A stretch of DNA of 64,000 nt from an uncultured Chloroflexia bacterium. GTDB taxonomy: Bacteria; Chloroflexota; Anaerolineae; CG2-30-64-16. Both the position numbers and the translations under genes were made by a program. Positions 10,916 to 23,052 of the stretch are shown one piece after another; within the stretch, counting starts at the first letter, position 1, and every line of letters starts with the position of its first letter. The stretch spans positions 1-64,000 of the forward strand of contig CAWEMM010000007.1 in assembly GCA_963810095.1 (NCBI GenBank), in the 5' to 3' direction. Below the pieces are notes generated by a model, which was not told where the DNA came from, did no database searches, and was given only the letters and a program-made list of their open reading frames with translations.

Positions 10916-10938
10916 GCGTCGGGTTCTCCCTAAACTGC

Positions 10939-10974
10939 AAATCGGGCGGCCGGTTACCGGGCCGCCCGATTTTT
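10939..10974 (+). terminator. Intrinsic terminator
   Basis: aaatcgggcggcc-N8-ggccgcccgattttt. Confidence 0.75.
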
Positions 10975-11057
10975 GCGTTATAATAATGGGCACTACGTGC
11001 GTTCAAGTCGCAGGTCCCGAGGCCTGAGGCTCGAACGTAAAGCAGAAAGACGATTGC

Positions 11058-12057
11058 ATGGCGTTCCTCCGCAAAAACTGGAAGCTGATTTTCGGCATCC
11101 TCGTCAGTGTCTTCTTTATTTGGTTTGCGGTGCGCAAGATGGAACTGGACAAGGTCGCGTTCTATTTGCGCACGGCCGATTATGTTTGGATCATCCCGGG
11201 CGTCATCGTGTATTTCCTGGCCGTGTTGGCTCGCACGTGGCGTTGGCACTACCTGCTCCGGCCGCTCAAGCCGGTCCCACTGATCCGCCTGTTTCCGATC
11301 ACGTGCATCGGGTATTTCGGCAACAACGTCTACCCGGCACGGGCCGGCGAGGTGATCCGGGCGTTTGTGCTGCGCGGCACCGAGGGGATCGCCGTGAGCG
11401 CGTCGCTGGCCACGATCATCGTGGAACGGGTGTTTGACGGCCTCGTGATGCTGATCTTTGTGTTCTTCGCGCTGCCGTTCGTAGGTGTCGAGCACATCCC
11501 CGCGGTGTACCGGATTACCGTTATTGTGGCCAGCGTCGCGTTCTTCGGCGCACTCCTGGTCTTCCTCTGGATGGCGTGGGACCAGCCGCGTGCGACCCGG
11601 CTCTACCGCTTCTTCAGCCGGCTGCTGCCCGAGCGTTTTCATGCTCCGGCCGATGCGTTCTTTGACCGTTTCATGGGTGGGCTCTACTTTCTGCGCAGCG
11701 GCCGCGACGTGCTGATGGTGTTCGTCACCTCGGTCGTGATCTGGCTTCTGGAGACGGTCAAGTACTGGCTGGTCATGCAGGCGTTTGCGTTTACCGTCAG
11801 CTTCATCGGCCTGATGCTGATGAACGGGGTGGTGAACCTGACCACGACGCTGCCGTCGGCACCGGGCTACGTCGGAACCTTCGAGGTCGGCGCGCTGGTC
11901 TTGGAGGCGCTGGGCATCGACTATAGCCTTGCACTGGGGTATACTATCGTCTTGCACGCCGCGCTGTGGTTTCCGATCACGGCGTTGGGAGGTCTGGTTT
12001 ATGTGGCGGCAGGGCGTGAAATGGCGGGACTTTGAGAGGAGGAATCTGGAAGCATGA
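11058..12057 (+). CDS. Flippase-like / lysylphosphatidylglycerol synthase TM-domain protein (UPF0104/YbhN); probable frameshift near the 3' end
   Basis: Multi-TM protein; [20 protein letters not shown] and [11 protein letters not shown] motifs; an alternative frame ends at an ATGA overlap with ugd. Confidence 0.85.
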
Positions 12058-13376
12058 AGAATATTGCCGTGATCGGCACAGGCTATGTGGGCCTGGTGAC
12101 GGGCACATGTTTTGCCGACCTGGGCAACAAGGTCACCTGCATCGACATCGACGAACGCAAGATTCAGACGCTGCGCGAGGGCAAGACCCCGATCTACGAG
12201 CCGGGGCTGGAAGAGGTGATCCGCCGCAATGTTGCCGCGGGCAGGCTGTACTTCAGCACGTCTTACGAGGAAGGGCTGCAGGACGCGGAATTCGTCTTCA
12301 TCGCCGTGGGTACGCCTTCGGGGGTAGACGGCGAGGCCGACCTGCAGTACGTGCGGATGGCCGCCGAGACAATCGCACACAAGATGGATCACCCGCTGGT
12401 GATCATCAACAAGAGCACTGTTCCGGTTGGCACCGGCGACTGGGTGTCCGACATCGTGCGCAAGCACCAGCCCGAGCCCATCCCCTTTGCCGTCGTCTCG
12501 TGTCCCGAGTTCCTGCGGGAAGGCTCTGCGCTGGCCGACTTCATGAGCCCCGATCGGGTGGTGCTCGGCTCGCTCGATCTGGACGCGGCAGAAAAGGTCG
12601 CCCAGCTGCACTTGTCGCTCCGCGCGCCCATCATGCTGACCGACCTGCGCACTGCCGAAATGATCAAGTACGCGTCGAATGCCTTCCTGGCCACCCGGAT
12701 TTCCTTCATCAACGAGATCGCCAACATCTGCGAAAAGCTGGGCGCCGACGTCAAGGAAGTTGCCGCAGGCATGGGGTATGACAAGCGCATCGGCCGGGCC
12801 TTCCTGGATGCGGGCGTGGGCTACGGCGGGAGCTGCTTCCCGAAGGACGTCAAGGCACTCGAATACATGGGCCTGCTGCACGGCGCCCATCCTTCGCTCT
12901 TGCGGGCAGTCATGGAGATCAATCGCGATCAGCGCCGCCTGATGGTGCAGAAGCTGCGCGACATGCTGGGTGGGCTGGCGGGGAAGCGGATCGGGCTGCT
13001 GGGCCTCGCCTTCAAGCCCAACACCGACGACATGCGCGAGGCCCCGAGCATCGAGGTGGCGCACATGCTCAACCGCGAGGGGTGCGAGGTTCGGGGATAT
13101 GACCCGGTCGCCATGGGGGTCGCCGAGCGCGCCATGCCCGACGTCATCATGTGCCACAACCCATATGAGATGGCCGAGGGGTGCGATGCACTCGTCGTCC
13201 TGACCGAATGGAACGAGTTCAAGCACCTGGATCTCACCCGGGTCCGCACGCTCATGCGCACCCCGGTCGTCATCGACGGCCGGAACGTCTACGAGCCCCG
13301 GACCATGTGGGAAGCCGGATTCCTGTACCGCGGGATCGGCCGCGGCTACAATAACTCCCGCAACGAAGAACAGTAA
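12054..13376 (+). CDS. ugd: UDP-glucose 6-dehydrogenase
   Basis: GTGYVG Rossmann motif, [24 protein letters not shown] catalytic Cys, FKPNTDDMR. Confidence 0.95.
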   Translation: MKNIAVIGTGYVGLVTGTCFADLGNKVTCIDIDERKIQTLREGKTPIYEPGLEEVIRRNVAAGRLYFSTSYEEGLQDAEFVFIAVGTPSGVDGEADLQYVRMAAETIAHKMDHPLVIINKSTVPVGTGDWVSDIVRKHQPEPIPFAVVSCPEFLREGSALADFMSPDRVVLGSLDLDAAEKVAQLHLSLRAPIMLTDLRTAEMIKYASNAFLATRISFINEIANICEKLGADVKEVAAGMGYDKRIGRAFLDAGVGYGGSCFPKDVKALEYMGLLHGAHPSLLRAVMEINRDQRRLMVQKLRDMLGGLAGKRIGLLGLAFKPNTDDMREAPSIEVAHMLNREGCEVRGYDPVAMGVAERAMPDVIMCHNPYEMAEGCDALVVLTEWNEFKHLDLTRVRTLMRTPVVIDGRNVYEPRTMWEAGFLYRGIGRGYNNSRNEEQ

Positions 13377-13431
13377 CGAGACCTGCAACGGATTACACGG
13401 ATTTTCGCGGATTGGCATCGATCAAGCGTGA

Positions 13432-13464
13432 AGAAACCTGGTTTCTCCAAGGAACCAGGTTTCT
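13432..13464. repeat. REP-like palindrome, family A
   Basis: agaaacctggtttct-ccaa-ggaaccaggtttct. Confidence 0.7.
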
Positions 13465-13519
13465 GTGAAAATCCCTGCAATTCGCAGCGGCCTCGTCTTT
13501 CCCCCCACTAGGAGAGCCT

Positions 13520-14879
13520 GTGACGAACCTTAATGGCATTCGCAAAACGGTGCTGGACAACGGCCTGACCGTGCTGCTGCGCGAGATGCACCATGCACCG
13601 GTCGCCAGCTTCTGGGTCTGGTACCGGGTGGGCAGCCGCAACGAGCGCGCTGGCACCACGGGCATTTCGCACTGGGTCGAGCACATGCTCTTCAAGGGCA
13701 CGCCTAGCTTCCCCCAGGGCGAGTTCGACAAGGCTGTTTCGCGTGAAGGCGGCATGTTCAACGGCATGACCTGGATCGACTTCACGACGTACTTCGAGAC
13801 GCTGCCAGCCGACCGCATCGACCTGGCGCTGCGCGTCGAGTCGGACCGCATGTCCAACGCCGTTTTCGACCCAGACGAAACTGAGCTCGAGCGGACCGTG
13901 ATCATCTCGGAGCGGCAAGGCAACGAGAACAACCCGGGTTTCCTGCTGGGTGAGGCGTTGCAGGCAGCCGCGTTCCAGGCCCATTCGTATCATCATCCCG
14001 TGATTGGCTGGCAGTCCGATCTGGAGAGCATGACGCGCGATCAACTCTTCGACCACTACCGCACGTTCTATGCGCCGAACAACGCCGTGGTGGCGATTGC
14101 CGGGGATTTCGACAGCGAGGCCATGATGACCCGCATCCACGAGCTTTTCGGCGCCATTCCTTCCGGCCCCGCCCTCCCCGCATTCGCCGTGACCGAGCCG
14201 CGCCAGCGCGGAGAACGCCGCGGTAATCGTCGAGGGCCCTGGCACGACTGAGTATCTCGAGATAGGGTACCGCGCGCCGAGCGCGAACCACCCGGACTAC
14301 CACGCGCTGGTGATCCTCGACACGATCCTGGGCGGCGCCAAGGGGATGTCGCTGTGGGGCGGGGGCACCAGCAACCGCAGCTCGCGCCTGTACAAGGCGT
14401 TAGTCGAGACCGAGCTGGCCTCGGACGCCGACTGCGCCATCAGCTCGACGATCGACCCGTACCTGTTCAGCTTCTCGTCAACCGTGCGGCAGGAGCGAAC
14501 CCTGGCCGAGGTCGAGGCGGCCATGCTGGCGCAGGTGCAGAAGGTTGTCGACGAGCCGGTCAGCGAGGCTGAACTGCGGAAGGCGATCAAGCAGACCAAA
14601 GCGCAGTTTGCCTATTCGAGCGAGAGCGTCACGGATCAGGGCTATTGGCTGGGCTTCTCGGAAATCGTGTCCGATATCGACTGGTTCGAGCAATTCATGG
14701 ACCGGATCGAAGGGGTCACAGTGGAGGACGTGCAGCGGGCTGCGCAGACCTACTTCAAGCCGTCGCAGCGCACGGTGGGCTGGTATGTGCCCCTAGGCAG
14801 TGCGATCGCGGACGACGACTCCGAGGGGGAAGATGGCATGGCCGAAGCGGAATTGCTGGTCGAAGGTGAGGGCCAATGA
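13520..14879 (+). CDS. M16 (pitrilysin) family zinc peptidase, catalytic subunit; frameshift near 14220
   Basis: Inverted zinc motif [19 protein letters not shown]; C-terminal half in ORF 14310..14879. Confidence 0.88.
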
Positions 14880-16219
14880 AACGCCTCAATACGCGCACAC
14901 GGCCCGGCCTGGTTTTGCCGGGATGGGCGGCGGCGCCGCAGCCCTCGGCCAGGCAGTCGTCGCTGCCCGGTCCCGACGACACGCTGCGCCGGGTGCTGCC
15001 AAACGGCATCACCGTCCTCGCACGCGAGAACTGGGCTGCCCCCTCCGTAGTGGTGGAGGGCTACCTCGTCGTCGGTAACCTCGACGAGCCCGCCAACATG
15101 CCCGGCCTGGCGTCGTTCGTCGTTTCGATGCTGTCCCGCGGCACCGAGCACCGCACGTTTGCCGAGATCAACGAGATGATCGAGAGCGTGGGCGCGTCGG
15201 TGGGCTTCAGCTCCGACCGCCACATCACGAACTTCTCTTCCAAATCGCTGGCCGAGGACCTGGACCTGGTGCTCGAGGTGCTGGCCGACGAACTGCGCGC
15301 ACCCGTGTTCCCTGCGCCCTATATCGAGCGGGTCCGCGGGCTCCGCTTCACCTCCTTGGCCGAGCGCGAAAACGACACCCGGCAGATGGCGGGGCGCACC
15401 TTCCGCGAGCTCATGTACGGTGACCATCCCCTGGGCCGCGACATGTTGGGGACCCGGGAGTCGCTGCACGCGATTCAGCGCGATGCGCTGGTCGAGTTCT
15501 ACGGCAAGTTCTACCGGCCGCAAGACATGGTCGTGGTCGTGGTTGGAGCCGTGCCGGCCGAGGAAGCCGTGCGGAAGATCGAGGCGGCGTTTGGCGACTG
15601 GCACGACGCCCGGCCCGCGCGCGCCGCGCTCGCGTCCCTGACGCCCATCGAGGGGGTGCGCAAACGCCAGGTGGTGATGCCCGACAAGACGCAGTCCGAC
15701 CTTGTGCTGGGCTGGCAGGGGATGCGCCGGCTGGACCCGGACTTCGATCCCGCCCGGCTGGCGAACACGGTGCTGGGCGTCTTCGGGATGATGGGCCGGC
15801 TGGGCGAGAACGTGCGCGAGAAGCAGGGGATGGCCTACTACGCCTACTCCCGCCTCAGTGGGGACCGGGAGCCGGGCACCTGGGTCACGGTTGCAGGCAT
15901 TAACCCGGCGAACGTGCAGCGCGCGCAACAGGCCATGCTCGACGAGATCAAGCGGCTGCAGGATGAGCTGGTGCCCGAGGAGGAACTGGAGGACAGCAAG
16001 CGCTATCTTACCGGCTCGGTGCCGCTCCAGCTGGAGACGAACGACGGCGTGGCCAGCCTGCTGGCAGACATCGAGTGGCACCGGTTGGGGCTCGACTACC
16101 TGGAGCGCTACCCGACGATCATCAACAGCCTGACCGCCGAGCAGGTGCAGCGCGTCGCGCAGAAGTATTTCGATCTGGATGCGTACGTGATGGCGCTGGC
16201 CGGGCCGGCGACAGACTGA
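14876..16219 (+). CDS. M16 family peptidase, non-catalytic partner subunit
   Basis: LPNG, MLSRGT and RLGENVREKQGMAY motifs; no HxxEH; ATGA-coupled to the upstream gene. Confidence 0.88.
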   Translation: MKRLNTRTRPGLVLPGWAAAPQPSARQSSLPGPDDTLRRVLPNGITVLARENWAAPSVVVEGYLVVGNLDEPANMPGLASFVVSMLSRGTEHRTFAEINEMIESVGASVGFSSDRHITNFSSKSLAEDLDLVLEVLADELRAPVFPAPYIERVRGLRFTSLAERENDTRQMAGRTFRELMYGDHPLGRDMLGTRESLHAIQRDALVEFYGKFYRPQDMVVVVVGAVPAEEAVRKIEAAFGDWHDARPARAALASLTPIEGVRKRQVVMPDKTQSDLVLGWQGMRRLDPDFDPARLANTVLGVFGMMGRLGENVREKQGMAYYAYSRLSGDREPGTWVTVAGINPANVQRAQQAMLDEIKRLQDELVPEEELEDSKRYLTGSVPLQLETNDGVASLLADIEWHRLGLDYLERYPTIINSLTAEQVQRVAQKYFDLDAYVMALAGPATD

Positions 16220-16222
16220 CGA

Positions 16223-16320
16223 GGCTGCCACGAATTCTTCGAATTTGCACGAATTCGACGAATCTCGTACGAGCGCTCCGGTCGTGAAACCGGTGGAGAT
16301 TCGTCCAATTCGTGGCAACC
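16223..16320. repeat. REP/MITE-like element, family B (CACGAAT periodic arms)
   Basis: Terminal IR ggctgccacgaatt/aattcgtggcaacc with roughly 9-bp-periodic cgaat units; relatives at 60784 and 62693. Confidence 0.75.
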
Positions 16321-16321
16321 G

Positions 16322-16685
16322 ATGTCGTTAGCTGTTGGAACTGACCTGGTTCAAGCCGCACGTATTGCCGGGGTGATCGAGCGCCACGGCGAGCGGTTCC
16401 TTCGTCGTGTGTTCACGCCGGACGAGTTGACCGCGTGCGAGGGGCGCGCCCGATTCGCTGGCGGCGCGCTGGGCGGCGAAGGAGGCGGTGGCGAAAGCGC
16501 TGGGCACGGGGATCGGGCCGGTCGCGTTTCGTGAGATCGAAGTCGTGCTCGACGAGTGCCGCTGTCCGCGCCTGCGGCTCCACGGCGCGGCGGCGACACT
16601 TGCGGCCGAGCGCGGGCTGACCCAATGGGCCGTCAGCCTCGCGCATGACGGCGGCTGGGCGCTGGCGTTCGTGGTCGCGATGTAG
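16322..16685 (+). CDS. acpS: Holo-ACP synthase; frameshift near 16450
   Basis: [17 protein letters not shown], then [19 protein letters not shown]...VSLAHD in another frame. Confidence 0.88.
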
Positions 16686-16708
16686 CGCGGGCGGCAAACA
16701 CGGAAGAG

Positions 16709-16744
16709 AAACGCCAGACGGCTCATGTGAGCCGTCTGGCGTTT
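16709..16744. terminator. Bidirectional terminator-like hairpin
   Basis: 17-bp perfect IR aaacgccagacggctca/tgagccgtctggcgttt between convergent genes. Confidence 0.75.
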
Positions 16745-16786
16745 GCGCGTCAGCCTCTCGCGTTCGCTCTACTTCCAGTTCCAGCA

Positions 16787-17264
16787 TCAGTCGCCGGACA
16801 ATGCTGCGCAAAGGATCGCCATCTTCTCGGGGTCACCTCCTGTGTGGACGCCGACAACCTTCCCGGGAGGAAACACCCCTCGCCCCGCTTCAAACAGGAC
16901 GATGCCGTACCCCGGGATCGTAATCGACATATCCATGCCCGTCGCGCTCGAAAGTCTGGTTTGGCTCGTTCCACTCTTCGGTGATGCTGAACTGGCCGGT
17001 CAGGACCACGTCAGACACGTCGGGCGCGGTGATGTAGTCGGTGCCCACCCCGTGCCAGCGCCACTCGACAAATTGGCCGTCCTTGTCGAAGAAATTCCAT
17101 TCGTGGAAGTCGGCGATGGGGTTGTTGTACACTGGGAAGTTACAGTAGGGCAGTTCGAAGTGACCGTACCAGACGCCAGTGTTCTGGACGGGCGCGTTCG
17201 CCGAGACGGTGCCGGCCAGCAGCATCAGGGCCAGCACGAGTGGGATGACGTAGATCCGCTTCAT
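16787..17264 (-). CDS. Secreted hypothetical protein; frameshift near 16945
   Basis: AAGGAG RBS; signal peptide MKRIYVIPLVLALMLLAGTVSA; continues as ...ITIPGYGIVLFEAGR...LCAALSGD to TGA at 16787. Confidence 0.7.
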
Positions 17265-17323
17265 CTGGTGCTCTCCTTTGCACTGAGTGGTGGAGGGAGA
17301 ATTCGCACAGGTCAACCTGCTCT

Positions 17324-17376
17324 ACTGTAGCAGACGCGCGTTTCCTGGCGTTTCGGCAGCGTTTTTCAGCGTCGCG
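17324..17376 (-). promoter_or_regulatory. Promoter with four phased ACG boxes followed by TGCTACAG (candidate SARP operator)
   Basis: cgcgACGCTgaaaaACGCTgccgaaACGCCaggaaACGCGcgtcTGCTACAG; same geometry as 22981-23032. Confidence 0.7.
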
Positions 17377-17390
17377 AGCGACAGCTTGCC

Positions 17391-17525
17391 TCCCTGGCGG
17401 CCCGGGGGGAGGCCGAAGAGGTGGTGTCCAAGACGCTGGGCACGGGGATCGGGCTGGTCGCGTTTCGCAAGATCGAAGTTATGCTCGACGGCGGGCTGGC
17501 GCTGGCGTTCGGAGTGGCGACGTAG
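17391..17525 (+). pseudogene. acpS: Degenerate duplicate of the acpS 3' half with a 96-bp internal deletion
   Basis: Translates as SLAARGEAEEVVSKTLGTGIGLVAFRKIEVMLD-GGLALAFGVAT-stop, aligning to acpS at about 16455-16685. Confidence 0.8.
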
Positions 17526-17556
17526 GGTGGGGAAGCACGCAGTCCCCCGGGCAAGC

Positions 17557-18267
17557 TTACGGTGTGGCGGGTGGCGTGAGCCTCACCGCCTTGGCGTACT
17601 CGATGCACGCCTTCAACTCAATGCGTGCGTTAGCGCGGGGATCGGTATCGTTTTTCGATTGCGCCCATTCTGTAGGCAAGTTCTTCGCCGCCCAGGAGAA
17701 CATCCCCTCTAGGATCTTTGTCAGCTCCTGAAACTCCTCTGGCGGCATCGTCGCGATCAGCTTCTCGATCTTGCCCTGCCGCACTGTGAAGGTTGTATTG
17801 AAGTGAATTGGTTTCAGATCGATGTACGGGCTGCAGTCGCTGGTGTATTCGAGATCGCAGCGGATGGTGTTGCCGACCTCCGGATCGCAGTGGATTACAG
17901 GCAGCTTGCCGCCACCCGTTTTCCAGTATTCCGTGAAATACCATAGGGAGCCCTTGTCGGTGAAGTAGTTGGGACCCATCTGGTACTCGATTTTGTCCGC
18001 GAATAGACGTACCACGTCTTGCGAGGTCCCTCGCGCCCAGGCATCATTGAACTTATCGACAACTGCGCGCGGACCGTCAGCAGGCGGCGGTTGAGTCGCT
18101 GGTCGCACAGGAGTGCTCGGGGGGAGGGGTGTAGGCGTTGGCGGTGGCGAGGGCCGCTGGGTCGAGGTGGCGGGAGGCGCGGCGCGTGGCGCGGGCGGGG
18201 CGCAGGCCGTCGCCGAGAGGACGAGGGCGACGAAACTCAGCATGATGAATGAGACCGGTCGTTTCAC
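17557..18267 (-). CDS. Lipoprotein with a possible NTF2/SnoaL-like domain
   Basis: Lipobox ATAC, Pro-rich linker, VVDKFNDAWARG...LFAD; GTGA overlap with the upstream regulator. Confidence 0.7.
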   Translation of the reverse strand: MKRPVSFIMLSFVALVLSATACAPPAPRAAPPATSTQRPSPPPTPTPLPPSTPVRPATQPPPADGPRAVVDKFNDAWARGTSQDVVRLFADKIEYQMGPNYFTDKGSLWYFTEYWKTGGGKLPVIHCDPEVGNTIRCDLEYTSDCSPYIDLKPIHFNTTFTVRQGKIEKLIATMPPEEFQELTKILEGMFSWAAKNLPTEWAQSKNDTDPRANARIELKACIEYAKAVRLTPPATP

Positions 18268-21200
18268 TCAATACCTCCCTTTGACGCGGCGGCTGTGCCA
18301 CCCTCCATCGAGGGGTGGGGGACACACGCGCCACTTTCCACGTGCAAATATTGGTGACACTCGTCCGCTGTCAGTGAACGCGATGTACGCTGCTCGGCCA
18401 GGGCCACCAGGTCATCTAGCCGTAGCAAGAACACGCGGACCGCGTCGCCCGAGGTTGCCAAGTAGACGCCATTGGGGCTGAAGGTTACGCCGGTCACAGG
18501 TGCGGGCAGCGCCGCAAGTGTGTACCGGGCGCGGCCCGTCTTGACGTCCCAGAGCTCGACTGCACCATCCTCGCCCGCCGTCACAAGCGTCCCGCCGTCC
18601 GGGCTGAACGTGACGGCATTGACACCGGAGGCGTGACCCCGGAGCGTGTGTAGGGGACTGGGTGTCGCCGGCGCGCCATCGTCTCCAATCCAGCCGGCCT
18701 CCCAGACGCGTACGGTTCCATCCGCGCTTGCCGTTGCCATGAACGTGCCGTCCGGGCTGAAGGCCACGTCCAGCACGCGCTCGCGTTGGCCGGGCAGGCT
18801 AACCGGAGGCACTTCACCGGTAGGATCGACGATAACAGTCGTTCCATCGCTCAGCCCGAGCGCTAACCGAGTCGCGTTGGGGCTCCACGCCAGGGCAAGA
18901 GGCGCCACTCCGAACGGCAGATCCTTCAGCGTGCTCAGCACGACAGCTGGCGCGGCTTGCCGCTTGACATCCCAGACCCGAAGCGCGGTGCCCGACGCGA
19001 CGGCTAGCCGGTCGCCGGCGTCGTCGAAGGCCAGGTCCGCGACTGCCTCAGATCCCGCGACTGACACCTGTGCAGCGAGCCCCGAGCTATCCTGCTCGGA
19101 GGACCTACCGCCGGGCACTTCCCATAGGAGGACCGTACCGTCCAGGCTGCCAGTTGCCAATCGGTTGCTTGCGGGGTCGAATGCAACGCGGTTCACAGTG
19201 TTCTGGTGGCCGGGGACGTTGTAGCGCGGCAGCCACATCCCGTCCTCGCGTCCCCCAAGTCGATCGCCGAACTGAGGAACTTGCCATGCTGCGAAAGCGC
19301 CGGCCTCGCCAACGCCTGCCGCAAGCGAACGAGCCATCGGGGCTGAAGGCCGACATCGCTGCTTCCCCGGCCCGTGCCGAGCGTCACCATCTCGCGGCTT
19401 CCCTGGAGATCCCACATCTTAGCGTGCCCGTTTTCTTGCTGTATCAGGAGCCGCGCGGCATCGGCGGAGAAGCTAATCCGCCAAGCACCGGAGTCCGTTG
19501 CCAGTGCTGCCAGTTGCTGCCCTGTCTCGATGTCCCACAACCGCGTGGTCGCGGCAGCGGAAACCGCCAGTCGCAGGCCATCCGGACTGCACGCGACGGA
19601 TGCCGGTCGTGAATCGGCAACATCGATCGTGCGGAGGTGTTGGCCGCTGGTGGCATCCCAAAGGCGAACGGCGCGGCCTGACCCGACGACGAAGCGATCC
19701 GGCCCGCCGCAGAAGGCGATGGCCCAGGGCTCGCCCTGGTGGCCGATCACATACAGAACGCGCGACCCTGCGACAGGATCCCAGAGATAGACACCGCCGT
19801 CAAACACATCGGCAAGAATGCGACTCCCATCCCGGCTGATGTCGACATGGCGCGGGTCGGCGCTCGGGCGGACGAGAGGCGCCAGTTCGTGGCCCGTCGC
19901 GGTGTCCCACGTCCTGGCGGCGCCGTCGGCGCCCGCGCTGACCAGGCGTGATCCGTCGCCGGCGAAGCGGAGGGCCGTGACGCCGCCTTTGTGTCCCGGC
20001 AACACCCGCTGGCTCACCCCAGTAGAGGCATCGCGGAGCGTTATATGCCCCGCTGCATCTGCGACAGCCAGGAGCCTGTCATCGGGGCTCAGGTCGAAGA
20101 CCTGCGTGCCTCCGTCGATGGCATAACGAGGCTGAGCTCCTTCCTGCCCAGCCTTCCTTAGTTGGGGCAGGCTCCAGACCGAAATGCGGCCCGCGGCGGT
20201 GCCTGTCGCGGCCAGCAGGCCGTCGGCGTTTAGGGCCGTCGTCCCGCTCATCTCGATCGAGGCGTCGAGCGGTGATGCCTGGATAGCACGGTGGAGGGCC
20301 GCCTCGGCCTCGGCCGGCACGGCAATGCCGCTCGCACGTGCCGTTTGGACCGCCTCGAGTGCCAGGAGGATCGCGCGCTGGTGATCGACGGTCAGGTTGG
20401 CGTCTGCGGACGCCGCCAACTCGCGCGCCAGGGCCAATGCCTCGCCGGCCTGAGCTGCCTTGGCTGCCTGCCCGGCCTGCCGCCACATGACCATTGCGAG
20501 CGCGGTCGTCACGAGGACAACCGCGAGTGCAGCCGCCAGCAACCACGCTCTTCGCCGCAACTCGCGGTTATTTCTCTGCTGCTCCTCTGCGCGCGCGCGC
20601 TCGGCCGCCGCCCACTGCCGAGCAGCGTCTACTTCGCGCTTCTGCTGCGCCTCGCGCTCTGCAACTATCCGGTCGGCTTCGGCCTGTGACGCGATGATGA
20701 AATCCCGTTCGATGGGGTTGATCTCCGATGGGTGGCCCTTGGCCCAATCCTCCGCCTGCGCCAGGCGTATCCCGCGATACAGGTCTGCAGCGTTCCGCTG
20801 CGAAGTCTCCCAGGCCCCCGCTGCTTCTGTAAGCCTGCGATGCAGGCGGAGGCCTTCCCGGTCTTCAGCAAGCCACTGCCGCAGCACGGGCCACTCACGG
20901 ATCAGCGCCTCGTGGGCCATTTCCACCTGGTCATTGCCGAGGTCCCCGGCGTCCGGCTCGCTCGTGCTAGGCTGCCAACTGCCGATTTGGCCGGCGCCAA
21001 CCGTGATGAGCCGGGCCGCGGCGAGGGTCTGCAGCACAGATTCGACTATCGCGGCGCCGTCTGAATCGCGTAGCAGCTCGGCCCGGGCCACCCGGCGTCG
21101 GGTTTCCTGCATGCCGTCGCCGAGGGCCGTGAGTCGAAGGAAGATGCGCCGGGCTGCCGCTTGCTCGTCGCCGTCCAACTGGCCGTAGACGGCGTCGGCG

Positions 21201-22877
21201 GTGCGGGCAATTGCGCCCTGGACACCACCTGTCGTCGCGTAGCCTTCCAAGGTTAACATTCGCCCCGACCGGACGCGCCACGTTTCGAGCAGGGCGTGCG
21301 ACAGTAACGGCAGCGCACCGGGTTCGCTGCCCGCGTCTCGTACGAGCAGGTCGACCAGGCCGGGTTCAGCTTCCCACCTACCAAGCTCGAGCGGCCCCTC
21401 GATGCAGCGCCGCAGTTCGGAGGGACTCATCCCGCCGATGTACTGCTGGCAGGTCTCCAGCGTGCGTCGCAGGTCAGCGTATGCGGCGCAGTGGCCATAG
21501 AAGTCAGCCCGCAGAGCAATCACAAGCCGGAGTCTTCCGTCGGGGGGCTCGTGACCGCCTGACACGGCGTAGAGCAGGGCGGCGATGAACGCCGCCCGTT
21601 CCTCCTCGCACTGGCAGAGCGTAAACACCTCCTCGAATTGATCGACTACCAGGAGCAGATGCTCATGCGGGGCGTTAGCCTCGGCTGCCTGGCGTGCAAG
21701 GAAGAATTGTAGGCTGCGCGGATCAGCAGCCAGGTCATCAGAAAGGATGGCGGCCGGCATAACCGAGCCGGGCCCGGTGAGGGCGAGAGCGAGTGCATTC
21801 AGGGGATGAGCCGTGGGAGTGAAGATATGGTAAACCCAGCCTGTCGTGTCACGCGACACGACGCCTCGCCGCAGGGATAGCTCCCCACCGGCAACGGCGG
21901 GCACAAGGCCGGCGCGCACAAGGGACGACTTCCCACAGCCGGAGGCGCCGACGACGATCAGGAGATCGCTGCGTCGCAGGTGATCTATCAAGCGGGCCGT
22001 CAGCGCTTCGCGGCCGAAGAACAGGGGCGCGTCGTCGACCTCAAAGGATTCGAGACCCTTGAAGGGCGGCGGACCGGGACTGGCCAGGGGCTGGAACCGG
22101 CGCGGCTGGCTCCCGTAAGGGCAGTGCGATGACTTGTGCCTGGGATAGTACGCGCATGCCGTCGCCGCGAACCAACTGCTCGTATAGCTTTTGGGTGGAT
22201 TCAGCCGGCGCCACGCTGAGGCCATTGCGAAGATCGTCCACACACCGCTGGTAGACGGCTGCCACCCGGGATGCGTCGCCCCGTGCAGCGTGTGCCAGCA
22301 TCAGTGCGCAGTATGCGCTCTCGGGCGAATGCCCCAACGCGATCCAGCGCTCGCCCCAATCAAGCACATCGTCCCAACAGCCCGCGCCCGCCTGGCGTTC
22401 GAGCCAGAGGCGCATCTTGCTCTCGAAAGCGGCTTCGATCCTCTCGCGCTCGAGCACGATCCAGTCATCGTAGAACCCGGGCAGGAGGTCACCGGCGTAG
22501 AGGAGCAGCGCAGTGACCAGGGCGTCCTGCGGCGCGTTCGCCGCCACTCGATCGGCGACAACCGCTGCATCGAGCCAGTAGCGGGCAGTTGCGTCGAAGG
22601 CGACCGCGATCTCATCAATGGCCAGGTAATCGCGGCCCGAGGTGGGGTCCAGACCCAGGGTCTTGCGGATGCGCCAGAGGGCGTGGCGCAGGGCATTACG
22701 CGCGCTGGCCTCATCTGCATCGGGCGCGAGCATGCCGGCGAGCTGTTCACGACGATGGCTGACGCCCGGGTTAAGGACGAGGTACGCGAGGAGCGACTGC
22801 GCGGGGCGCGAGGGCAGGCGAAGGGTTTCGCCATTCCGGCGAAGGTCAAATTGCCCGAGCAGACGGATCTCGAGCAT
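18264..22877 (-). CDS. SARP/BTAD regulator fused to an nSTAND1 NTPase, a TM helix and WD40 repeats; several frameshifts
   Basis: AGGAGG RBS, MLEIRLLGQF...LLAYL, GDLLPGFYDDW (SARP-BTAD); FFGRE, GASGCGKSSL, VDQFEE, LRADFY, HEALI (nSTAND1); hydrophobic helix; GH...FSPDG...WD repeats; spread over ORFs 22041..22895, 19193..22243 and 18264..19415. Confidence 0.85.
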
Positions 22878-22980
22878 GCGGCCTCCTGCAACCAAACGAA
22901 CCGGCCGAGGATTGTCCGCGATGCGATTATGCGATGTAGATGGATTCTAGCACTTCTTCGGGCCAAGATCAATACGATAT

Positions 22981-23032
22981 CGCGACGCTGATTAACGCTC
23001 GCCGCACGGTGAGCAACGGTTGGGTGCTACAG
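22981..23032 (+). promoter_or_regulatory. Promoter with four phased ACG boxes followed by TGCTACAG (candidate SARP operator)
   Basis: cgcgACGCTgattaACGCTcgccgcACGGTgagcaACGGTtgggTGCTACAG; spacing 10/11/10. Confidence 0.7.
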
Positions 23033-23052
23033 GGATGGTCAGGAGGTGAAAC

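Noticed and set aside
14200-16460. Programmed frameshifting in M16 or acpS
   Set aside because: No slippery heptamer or stimulatory structure was seen, and indels are scattered across many unrelated genes
18264-22877. Avs-type antiphage STAND system
   Set aside because: The N-terminal module is a SARP/BTAD transcription activator rather than a nuclease, protease, TIR or SIR2 effector, and no defence genes are nearby
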